From: an uncultured Synechococcus sp.
GTDB taxonomy: Bacteria; Cyanobacteriota; Cyanobacteriia; Cyanobacteriales; MRBY01
Direction of reading: 5' to 3'
NCBI GenBank assembly: GCA_964638765.1
Contig: CAZXBK010000002.1
Location: forward strand, 72 to 32,071
Length of the DNA: 32,000 nucleotides
Shown here: positions 7,688 to 14,951 of the stretch, piece after piece
How the letters are laid out: every line of letters starts with the position of its first letter
How positions within the stretch are numbered: position 1 is the first letter of the stretch
Translations under genes and position numbers: made by a program
The notes under the pieces: model-generated
The model's input: only the letters and a program-made list of their open reading frames with translations
Told to the model about the DNA's origin: nothing
The model's database searches: none

Positions 7688-8009
7688 GAAAAAGAAACCT
7701 ACCACAATTAAACAGAAGGATGCAGAAATTAAATCCCTAAAAGAGAAACTAGCTAACCTAGCTTCCTACGTCAGGGAGATAGAGAAAATCAAGGAAGGTG
7801 GAGAACACACTCACCTAGCTATCGGTTGCTCTAAGAAGGAAAATGGAGACTTCTGCTTGGATTTTATTAAATACAATCCAGAAACCAAACAGGCAATTGT
7901 GGAGAAATCTGAGGAAGTAAAACCTAATCCGAAACAGTTCCATGCACTCTCACTGAATTTAGGTAAGATTGCTGAGCTGGAAGTGATTAAAAATGTGGAG
8001 GGGGAATGA
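7668..8009 (+). CDS. Hypothetical protein (113 aa), Lys-rich N-terminus
   Basis: Its ATG is embedded in the upstream TAT GGA codons. No motif recognised. Confidence 0.6.
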   Translation: MEKKTTKKKKPTTIKQKDAEIKSLKEKLANLASYVREIEKIKEGGEHTHLAIGCSKKENGDFCLDFIKYNPETKQAIVEKSEEVKPNPKQFHALSLNLGKIAELEVIKNVEGE

Positions 8010-8251
8010 TTGTACTTTTCTGGGCTTTGTTTGTTGTTTACTTTGCGGTTAACCTTATATCTATGATTACTATTGCTAATACGAATAAAGGATTCGATAG
8101 ATATGAAAAGGAGCTAACTAACAAAGAAGAACTTACTATAGGTGCAATTTTAGTATTCATATTATTCGGTTTTCCTACACTATTCGTCCTAATTAGAATT
8201 AAAATCAGACCTATCCTTAACTACAAACCATTTGGAGACAAAAATGAATAA
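8006..8251 (+). CDS. Hypothetical membrane protein (2 predicted TM segments)
   Basis: ATGA overlap start. Hydrophobic stretches are VLFWALFVVYFAVNLISMITI and IGAILVFILFGFPTLFVLI. Confidence 0.6.
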   Translation: MIVLFWALFVVYFAVNLISMITIANTNKGFDRYEKELTNKEELTIGAILVFILFGFPTLFVLIRIKIRPILNYKPFGDKNE

Positions 8252-8414
8252 GGAAAAAATTATTTCAAATGTTGCAGCAGGTATTGCTCTATTCGTCATC
8301 GGAGGCATTGCCCAACATTTCCTAAATGAGTACACACCGTTAATCTTTTTCTCTCTCGGCTTAGCTCACCCAAAAGCACAGCAGGGAGTCGAACAGTTAA
8401 TGTTTAAAAAATAA
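8244..8414 (+). CDS. Hypothetical small membrane protein
   Basis: ATG 8244 lies 6 nt after GGAG. It has the hydrophobic stretch AAGIALFVIGGIA. Confidence 0.5.
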   Translation: MNKEKIISNVAAGIALFVIGGIAQHFLNEYTPLIFFSLGLAHPKAQQGVEQLMFKK

Positions 8415-8423
8415 GGAGAAAAA

Positions 8424-8666
8424 ATGAAGAAAGAAGACCTATTTAAACTTGACAGCTACGAGCTCAAGTTTGGAAACGGAGCCACAATTACAGACAAAAA
8501 ATCAGGTGAGGTTACCTACACAGGATTCTGTGCTGTCAGGATTCTGGATTTAGAACAGAAGGTTACCAAAAAACTGGTAGAGAACGTAATGGCAACAGCC
8601 GACACCCAAGAAAAAGCACATGATGCTGCGCTAGAAAAAGCGTGTGAACTTTTAGGAGCAAAATAA
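8424..8666 (+). CDS. Hypothetical protein (80 aa)
   Basis: Strong SD TAAGGAG lies upstream of ATG 8424. Confidence 0.6.
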   Translation: MKKEDLFKLDSYELKFGNGATITDKKSGEVTYTGFCAVRILDLEQKVTKKLVENVMATADTQEKAHDAALEKACELLGAK

Positions 8667-9217
8667 TGTTAGTAACAAATGAATCCACCCCAATCAATTT
8701 TATGTCTGAAGAAAGTATGTCTAAGGACATTGCGGATATTGCAACAGCTCTATCCAAAGCTCAGTCAGAATTGGACTCAGCAAAAAAAGATTCGTCAGGA
8801 TACGGATATAATTACTCAGACCTAGCTTCAGTAATTAACACATCCAAACCAATCCTAGCGAAACACAATCTTGCAATTGTTCAACTAATTGGTGAACAGA
8901 GTAAAGAGCAGGTTAGTCTAACAACTATCCTAACTCACAGCTCAGGTCAGTTTTTTAAATCAAAAGCTACCCTACCAGTTATTGAAATGAAAGGTTGCAA
9001 TGCTGCCCAAGGAGCAGGAGCTTCACTCAGTTACCTGAGACGCTACGCTTACCAAGCAATTATCGGACAACCTTCTGAAGATAATGATGCGAGTAGCAAG
9101 GGTGCTGCTAAAAAAGCAGATGATTTCAAAGCAAAACCTGCTGTTAAAAAAGAGACCACCAAAAAAGCTCAAACTAAAAATAGATTTCAGGGAGCTAAAA
9201 AGGCAGGGACACTCTAA
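8666..9217 (+). CDS. erf: ERF-family single-strand annealing protein
   Basis: YGYNYSDLASVINTSKPILAKHNLAIVQ and SYLRRYAYQAIIG resemble the conserved ERF core. The C-terminus is Lys/Ala-rich. Confidence 0.75.
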   Translation: MLVTNESTPINFMSEESMSKDIADIATALSKAQSELDSAKKDSSGYGYNYSDLASVINTSKPILAKHNLAIVQLIGEQSKEQVSLTTILTHSSGQFFKSKATLPVIEMKGCNAAQGAGASLSYLRRYAYQAIIGQPSEDNDASSKGAAKKADDFKAKPAVKKETTKKAQTKNRFQGAKKAGTL

Positions 9218-9480
9218 TGGACAAGCTGATCCAACAGGAAATGGATAAAGTTATCCTAAGGCAGGAGAAAGACCTGAAAACCCGTATCAACGTTTTTGGT
9301 AAAGGTTCCCTAATCCGAATCCTAAAAGTAATTAATGGAGGTTTAGGTAAGGGAATCAAACTGAACGAGCAGGAGCAACAATTTATTGATGACCTCCACG
9401 GGTATCAGGATAACTACCTTGCTAACCTAAAACTAACAGATGAATTTATTCAAGCCGAACAAGGAGAAATTGATGGCTAA
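9217..9480 (+). CDS. Hypothetical protein (87 aa)
   Basis: ORF with a TAATG overlap at its start. Confidence 0.55.
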   Translation: MDKLIQQEMDKVILRQEKDLKTRINVFGKGSLIRILKVINGGLGKGIKLNEQEQQFIDDLHGYQDNYLANLKLTDEFIQAEQGEIDG

Positions 9481-9733
9481 GTACGTTAACAACGCATTAC
9501 AGATCCTCCAATCTAAGAAAGGAAACCTGTACATCCAAGTTACAAATGACAACGGTGTGCTTCAGGATTTCATTTCTAATCTAAAGCCTGGTATGCCAAT
9601 CTACCTCAACAACAAAGAGGAAGAGAGGGCGCAGGCAGTAGCTGATGGGAAGATTACAGAAGAAAGAGCTCAGGAATTAGCTGACAAGATCGGGTTTATT
9701 AAATATGACACATCTTTCAAAGTTGAAGAGTAA
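9473..9733 (+). CDS. Hypothetical protein (86 aa)
   Basis: ATG 9473 lies 6 nt after SD AAGGAG (9461-9466). Confidence 0.55.
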   Translation: MAKYVNNALQILQSKKGNLYIQVTNDNGVLQDFISNLKPGMPIYLNNKEEERAQAVADGKITEERAQELADKIGFIKYDTSFKVEE

Positions 9734-9998
9734 GGATAACCCTCCTCACGAAAGTGAGGAGGTATACTTCCCAAAGTGCCAAGTTTTTGGTAAAATTATT
9801 CTTACTGAGGTTGGATACCTATGTTTGTTTAGAGAATTTTACCCAGGACTAGAAATCTCGCCTATTAACTGGAGACTTTTTAGTGAGTACGGAGATTTTA
9901 ATGAAGAACGCTATAAATCATTTTATTGGGTTTCTGAAAAATTTACCAGCATACCCCTTTCTAAAATAACAAAGATACTCTATGGCTATCAAGATTAA
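9705..9998 (+). CDS. ILYG-tail family small protein (start uncertain)
   Basis: The tail is LSKITKILYGYQD. ATG 9705 overlaps the upstream gene by 29 nt, and the ORF contains the 9741-9762 hairpin. Confidence 0.6.
   Translation: MTHLSKLKSKDNPPHESEEVYFPKCQVFGKIILTEVGYLCLFREFYPGLEISPINWRLFSEYGDFNEERYKSFYWVSEKFTSIPLSKITKILYGYQD
9741..9762 (+). other. Perfect 9-bp stem-loop with GAAA tetraloop
   Basis: CCTCCTCAC (9741-9749), GAAA, GTGAGGAGG (9754-9762). It starts 8 nt after the stop at 9731-9733. The 3' arm contains GGAGG. No U-tract follows. Confidence 0.6.
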
Positions 9999-10200
9999 AG
10001 ATTGGCTCTTCCGAAAAGAGGAGATTCTAAAAATATACAGAGAGAATGGGTTTGAGAAAGCTAGGGAATTTTATATCACCTCAGGTGTGAATTTAATGGC
10101 AGCTTACTATTTAATAAAAGAAGAATATCCAGAGTCCGGTTTAGAAAAAGAACTTGACAGGCTACTGGATTGGTATGGAGAAACAATTGATACTGTTTGA
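9982..10200 (+). CDS. Hypothetical protein (72 aa)
   Basis: Its ATG is embedded in the upstream TAT GGC codons. Confidence 0.6.
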   Translation: MAIKIKDWLFRKEEILKIYRENGFEKAREFYITSGVNLMAAYYLIKEEYPESGLEKELDRLLDWYGETIDTV

Positions 10201-10330
10201 AGGGAAATTCTACAAGTCGTCCTATTTCGGTAAGTCAATTGTTTCTGAGATGGGATGGCAGGATAGATTCGAGGAGGGAGTTGTGTTGGTTTTCGATACT
10301 AAGGTTACGAGGGTGTTGTATGGAAATTAG
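10190..10330 (+). pseudogene. Truncated ILYG-tail family remnant
   Basis: Frame 2, open from 10190, reads ...EGKFYKSSYFGKSIVSEMGWQDRFEEGVVLVFDTKVTRVLYGN-stop. The only ATG (10250) would give 26 aa. Confidence 0.35.
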
Positions 10331-10583
10331 TAAGGGTGTTGTAATTAGGAATGGTGATGTTGTGACTTTTGTTTATAACAATCACCCTAATCGTATATAT
10401 GTATCTCCAATTATAGTAATAGATGACTACTACGGTCAGTGGCTCATTGATGAAGAAGAAATTATATTATATCCATTCTTAAAAGATTTTGAAGGGCGTT
10501 GGGCAACTTTTGAATATTTACATAATTTTTGTCCTCTAAACAAAATAACCTCCATCCTTTACGGAGTTAAAAATGAAGATTGA
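10320..10583 (+). CDS. ILYG-tail family small protein
   Basis: ATG 10320 is embedded in the remnant's TAT GGA codons. The tail is LNKITSILYGVKNED. Confidence 0.75.
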   Translation: MEISKGVVIRNGDVVTFVYNNHPNRIYVSPIIVIDDYYGQWLIDEEEIILYPFLKDFEGRWATFEYLHNFCPLNKITSILYGVKNED

Positions 10584-10827
10584 AAAGATACCAATGGGCA
10601 AGAGTGCTTACGAAACCAAACTCTCCCCTACAGATAAGAAAAGACTACTCACTGATTGGGAGTGGGGTGACGACCAGTACGGTAAAGACATTGTAAGAAA
10701 TCGCATTGTCTCAGCATGCGACTGTGTAGGCAAACTACAGCGTGTCGAGACAGAGGGTGACCAATGTGTTTTGTGTGGACACTATGCTGTTTCGGTAGAT
10801 CTGGATAAAACGAGTAAGAAGCTGTGA
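10573..10827 (+). CDS. Hypothetical Cys-containing protein (84 aa)
   Basis: ATGA overlap start. Contains CDCVGK...CVLCGH. Confidence 0.6.
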   Translation: MKIEKIPMGKSAYETKLSPTDKKRLLTDWEWGDDQYGKDIVRNRIVSACDCVGKLQRVETEGDQCVLCGHYAVSVDLDKTSKKL

Positions 10828-11069
10828 AAGTGGAACGGGTGTGGTTAAAAAGATCTCTTTTTACTAGTACAATTCTTAGTGGATTACATCCTGCGGTTGA
10901 AATGGGAAAATTACATTTAAGATTATTAAGTCATGATCGCAGATTATTCCACAATGTCAAAGAACTGGCTGAAGTTACGGGCTACTGTTTTGGGGTTACA
11001 GTTTTAAAAAATGAAGTAGTAAAAACTAACAAAATATTGGATATATTATATGGATACCAAGGAGAATAA
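10824..11069 (+). CDS. ILYG-tail family small protein
   Basis: GTGA overlap start. The tail is KTNKILDILYGYQGE. Confidence 0.7.
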   Translation: MKVERVWLKRSLFTSTILSGLHPAVEMGKLHLRLLSHDRRLFHNVKELAEVTGYCFGVTVLKNEVVKTNKILDILYGYQGE

Positions 11070-13041
11070 ATTGTTTGTCAGAGTTTGTGAGACTATCTCG
11101 GATTACGGTAAATACGTACCAAAAAATGAAAATATCCTCAATTCGGTGAAAACCGACAAGGATTACTATGCGAGTATTTACTACTACAATCCAGAGCAGG
11201 TCGAAAAAGCTAGAGAATTAGTTGAGATCGGTAATAAAAAGCGACCAAGAGGTATTGGCGGAATTACTGATGTCTTCACAGACAAACTGGTTTGGGACTT
11301 TGATAGTGATAATCTAGTGGACTCCCAACGCGACACCATCTCTTTGGTTTTACGTTTGAAAGCTCTCGGTCTCCAAGAAGAACAGATTCAGATTTGTTTT
11401 TCTGGAGCCAAGGGTTTTCACGTTGAGGTGCAGACCGACCAGAAGTTTACTCCACCAGAGTTTACAGAAATCACTAAGGATTTAGCTAAGAACCTGAAGA
11501 CTAGGGACTCACGAATTGTGAACCCAGCTAGATTTTTGAGAGTAATTGGAACAAAACATCCTAAGTCCGGTCTTTACAAAATTCCATTATTTTTTGAAGA
11601 GCTTAGGGATCTCTCACCAGAAAAGATTAAGCAAGCTGCTAAAAATAAGCCCAAAAAGGATGATGAGGTGATGGCTACATGGGTAAAAGCTACCCATATC
11701 TTTACCGTACCTGAGAGACCCGTTGAGAAGCCCAAAAAGGAGGCTAAGAGTGATTCTAATGTTAATTATCGTGTGGATTACAGTAGAAATCCTTATCGGC
11801 TTATACCATGGAAATTAGCCCTCTCACAAGGTATCTTTCCTGCCGGTACGAGAAACGATGCTCTGATGATTTTGGGGGCAACTCTAAAGGCTAAGGGGCT
11901 AGATCAGGATGACTGTTACTATGCACTGAAGTCAGCTTCACAGAAGCAAGCTAAGCTGTTTGGTCAGGATAAGTACGATAAGGGTGAGATTTGGAAAAAT
12001 ATTATTAATCCAATTTACTCAGCTCTTTGGAATGGAGCTACCTACTCAACAGCTAACTTCCCTGAGAAGCTTAGGAACTTTTTTATTGAAAGCGGAATAC
12101 CTGAGATTACGGAGGCAGGAGCTGGTGGAACTCTTGTAGGGATTGACGACATCTTCGCAAAATTCTCACGCTATGCCGAGAATATGGAAGAGAATACGAT
12201 TAAAACAGGTATCACAGAACTGGATAGCTTTTGTAGAATTATGACCGGAATGCTGGTAGGCTGGCTAGGATGTCCAGGGTCTGGTAAAACTGCGAGTATG
12301 TTACAAATCCTAAGTGATGTTTCTGAGCGTGGTGAGGAATCGGTATTCTTTTCTTTGGATATGTCAGATAATCAGGTTTACGAGAAGCTTGCGAGAAAGT
12401 GTACAGATTACTCTGAAGAAGAGATTATCAGAGCATTTGAGAATCAACAGGAACACGTAAAAAAAGACATCCGAAATAAAGTGAGTGCTGCATACCAAAA
12501 CGTTCAATTCAATTTCCAATCAGGTGCTACTGTGGAAGATATGAAAAGTTACGTTAGGGATCACGAGCAAAAGTCAGGTAAGAAAGTTCGCCTAGTAGTT
12601 GTAGATTACCTTGAAAAAATTAAAGGCGGAAACTCTGACCCTAGCGTTGCGGCAGGAGAGCAAGCATCCAAACTTCAGGATTTAGCAAAAGAATTAGAAG
12701 TGGCAGTGATCGTTTTACTCCAACCTCAGAAAATGACAGGTGAGCCTGACAGTCCAATTAAGAGTTATCGTAGAATTAAAGGTGCCTCTCGGATCGAACA
12801 AGATTGTAGAGTTATCGTGTCTCAGTGGAGATACGGATATAGTGCTGAGAATTTTGACAATGATCGTTACGTTACCTTCGCTGTTTTGAAAAACTCAATG
12901 GGTTCTCTCGGAACCGTGGACTGTTACTGGAATGGAGCTAAAGGTAGGATACGGGATATTGACGAGCAGGGTAGGATGGATTTGAAAGACTTTGTCAAAC
13001 AAAAAGAGGTGTTGGATAAATTGAATAAGGGTGAACTGTGA
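11050..13041 (+). CDS. Bifunctional primase-helicase (AEP-type primase-polymerase N-terminal domain, DnaB/SF4-like helicase C-terminal domain)
   Basis: AEP motifs WDFDSD and SGAKGFHVEV. Helicase Walker A GCPGSGKTA and Walker B LVVVDYLE. Its ATG is embedded in the upstream TAT GGA codons. Confidence 0.88.
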   Translation: MDTKENKLFVRVCETISDYGKYVPKNENILNSVKTDKDYYASIYYYNPEQVEKARELVEIGNKKRPRGIGGITDVFTDKLVWDFDSDNLVDSQRDTISLVLRLKALGLQEEQIQICFSGAKGFHVEVQTDQKFTPPEFTEITKDLAKNLKTRDSRIVNPARFLRVIGTKHPKSGLYKIPLFFEELRDLSPEKIKQAAKNKPKKDDEVMATWVKATHIFTVPERPVEKPKKEAKSDSNVNYRVDYSRNPYRLIPWKLALSQGIFPAGTRNDALMILGATLKAKGLDQDDCYYALKSASQKQAKLFGQDKYDKGEIWKNIINPIYSALWNGATYSTANFPEKLRNFFIESGIPEITEAGAGGTLVGIDDIFAKFSRYAENMEENTIKTGITELDSFCRIMTGMLVGWLGCPGSGKTASMLQILSDVSERGEESVFFSLDMSDNQVYEKLARKCTDYSEEEIIRAFENQQEHVKKDIRNKVSAAYQNVQFNFQSGATVEDMKSYVRDHEQKSGKKVRLVVVDYLEKIKGGNSDPSVAAGEQASKLQDLAKELEVAVIVLLQPQKMTGEPDSPIKSYRRIKGASRIEQDCRVIVSQWRYGYSAENFDNDRYVTFAVLKNSMGSLGTVDCYWNGAKGRIRDIDEQGRMDLKDFVKQKEVLDKLNKGEL

Positions 13042-13250
13042 AATTTAAAGAAGGGGAATATCTATACGATACAAGTTGGAATAATATAATAGAAGTAGTT
13101 TCGGTAGGAGAAGACGGAATTTATTCTACTAGAGATGTAACTCCGGACAAGGATGTTTTTCTTGTGTCAAATTCTTTTACAACCACTTACACCAAAGCGA
13201 TTCCCCTAAATAAAATATTAACAATCCTAACAGGGTACAAAAATGATTGA
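13038..13250 (+). CDS. ILYG-tail family small protein (Thr variant)
   Basis: N-terminus MKFKEGEYLYD and tail LNKILTILTGYKND. Confidence 0.78.
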   Translation: MKFKEGEYLYDTSWNNIIEVVSVGEDGIYSTRDVTPDKDVFLVSNSFTTTYTKAIPLNKILTILTGYKND

Positions 13251-13527
13251 GCAATTCCAAACATTCCTAGCTAACCCTACATGGATAGATTTCATGGGAA
13301 TCCTAGGTTCCCTCCTCCTAGCCATCTGCGCTCTACCTGAGTTTTTCTACACAATTAGAAACAAAATTTGTAGAGTTCCCTCAGGTCTGCTTTACATTTG
13401 GTTTGCAGGAGAGGTATCAGCTTTTGTCTATGTGGTGGGCAAGGGGGATTTTATCTTGACAGCGAACTACTTTTGTAATATAATGTTATTAACGCCTTGC
13501 GTTTATTACAATATCAAAGGGAAGTAG
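13243..13527 (+). CDS. PQ-loop / SemiSWEET-like 3-TM membrane protein
   Basis: 94 aa with three hydrophobic segments. LPEFFYTIRNK lies after TM1 in the PQ-motif position, followed by a WFAGE...FVYVVGKGD...ANY pattern. Confidence 0.55.
   Translation: MIEQFQTFLANPTWIDFMGILGSLLLAICALPEFFYTIRNKICRVPSGLLYIWFAGEVSAFVYVVGKGDFILTANYFCNIMLLTPCVYYNIKGK
13456..13484 (+). promoter_or_regulatory. Sigma70-like promoter (inside the 3' end of the PQ-loop gene)
   Basis: TTGACA (13456-13461), 17 nt, TATAAT (13479-13484). Confidence 0.5.
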
Positions 13528-13835
13528 TGGAACTAATCCAAGATAAATTTGACACACAGGTGGACGCTCTTGTTTCTACAGAGACTGAGCTGTTAAACCT
13601 GAAAAACATGGAGGACGATGCGCTAGTCGAGGAAATCGAACACCTGTTAGCACTGGTAGCTGAGAACCCACACAACACACCGTATGAATTTGAAATTTGG
13701 GATATTGTAGAATTGTTTCACGAACAGAATTACTTATCTAAATTTGATAGAAAGCTCCTAGAGGGAAGCTACGTTTTAGGACACGTAAATATGGCTATTG
13801 GTACAGATGGATATATTGTGAGGATGAGGGTGTGA
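13527..13835 (+). CDS. Hypothetical acidic protein (102 aa)
   Basis: GTG 13527 overlaps the upstream TAG by 1 nt, with AAAGGGAAG upstream. The TTG 13497 alternative is less likely. Confidence 0.55.
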   Translation: MELIQDKFDTQVDALVSTETELLNLKNMEDDALVEEIEHLLALVAENPHNTPYEFEIWDIVELFHEQNYLSKFDRKLLEGSYVLGHVNMAIGTDGYIVRMRV

Positions 13836-14044
13836 AAATTGAAGTAGGGAATTATTACTACGACTCTCACCATTTGAACGTTGTCCAAGTTAATCATATT
13901 AACAACAATTGGGTAGATTTTGATGATGTTACTGTTGATAAAAACGGAGATATCCTCTACAACAATTCATACAGCTCTTTGGAAGCGCGTGTGCGCCTAA
14001 AACCTCTATCTAAAATCCTAAACATCCTATACGGAGTCAAATGA
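13832..14044 (+). CDS. ILYG-tail family small protein
   Basis: N-terminus MKIEVGNYYYD and tail LSKILNILYGVK. Confidence 0.8.
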   Translation: MKIEVGNYYYDSHHLNVVQVNHINNNWVDFDDVTVDKNGDILYNNSYSSLEARVRLKPLSKILNILYGVK

Positions 14045-14517
14045 AAAGATTAATTTTTTACCCCCTATTTTTCACATTACTAATTTCCTGTACAGATCTG
14101 GTTACCCTCAGACCTCAGTACGATTCTGTAGATCCGGTTTTGCAACCTTACGTAAAACAGATTCCATTTAAAATTAAATCCAACGCAGGGTTTAGTGAAC
14201 TAGACGGGTGGTTGGATAATATTAGAAAAAAATTTGATAAAGGGAACGTGATCGGTTTCTGCTCCACCACCTTACTACCACCTGGGTACGAGGTAAACAT
14301 TTCTCCTGAATTCTGGGCTAGAGCCACTGATTTACAGAAGGTAGCTCTGGTGGTTCACGAATACTTTCACTGCGAACACGATTTTAAACACGACCACAGG
14401 CTTAGGTCAGATGGGTGCGCTTACTCAATTATGTATCCGAGTTTAGAGAGTGATTGGTGTTTGAGAAGGTATTGGGTAGATTACATGCGTGAAATTAAAG
14501 TAAAGGCAGGGGAGTAG
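14041..14517 (+). CDS. Putative lipoprotein zinc metallopeptidase
   Basis: Signal peptide with lipobox LLISC, and an HEYFHCEH (HExxH) motif. Confidence 0.62.
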   Translation: MKRLIFYPLFFTLLISCTDLVTLRPQYDSVDPVLQPYVKQIPFKIKSNAGFSELDGWLDNIRKKFDKGNVIGFCSTTLLPPGYEVNISPEFWARATDLQKVALVVHEYFHCEHDFKHDHRLRSDGCAYSIMYPSLESDWCLRRYWVDYMREIKVKAGE

Positions 14518-14518
14518 G

Positions 14519-14737
14519 ATGTATACAGGTACTGTTAGTAAATGGAAGTTAAAAGAAGGTACTAACTTACTGTGTGTCTACTCAAACAGTAGTATCTATG
14601 ATTTAGGTAAAATTTACACAGTAAAAGATCGTAATTACTTGACTTGTAATAGAGTTTGTTGTAGTCGAGTAGGCTCAAAATTCATCCTTCCCAACAAAGT
14701 AGTCAAAATTTTATACGGAGTTAAAAATGAGTATTGA
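14519..14737 (+). CDS. ILYG-tail family small protein
   Basis: The tail is PNKVVKILYGVKNEY. Its 3' DNA TACGGAGTTAAAAATGA is identical to that of 10320..10583. Confidence 0.75.
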   Translation: MYTGTVSKWKLKEGTNLLCVYSNSSIYDLGKIYTVKDRNYLTCNRVCCSRVGSKFILPNKVVKILYGVKNEY

Positions 14738-14951
14738 GATTGGTGATATATTTTTTGACACACATTGTAAAAATTACGTTAAAGTTTTAAAAACTGACAC
14801 TAAAGTGAGAACTAAGGATTTAACTTTTACTGAGGAAGGTACTAAAACTTTAAAACCCTTTAACTGGACAATAGATACCTTTCGTTCTAATCGATTTCTA
14901 CCAGCATCTAAAATAGAAAAAATTCTTCTAGGAGAGCAATGCAATCCCTAA
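14727..14951 (+). CDS. ILYG-tail family small protein (Leu variant)
   Basis: N-terminus MSIEIGDIFFD and tail ASKIEKILLGEQCNP. Confidence 0.7.
   Translation: MSIEIGDIFFDTHCKNYVKVLKTDTKVRTKDLTFTEEGTKTLKPFNWTIDTFRSNRFLPASKIEKILLGEQCNP

Noticed and set aside
10197-10319. N-terminal 41 codons of the 128-aa track ORF 10197..10583.
   Set aside because: A different frame here carries a family tail (TKVTRVLYGN). ATG 10320, embedded in that tail, gives a normal-sized member, so the long ORF is a chimera of frames.
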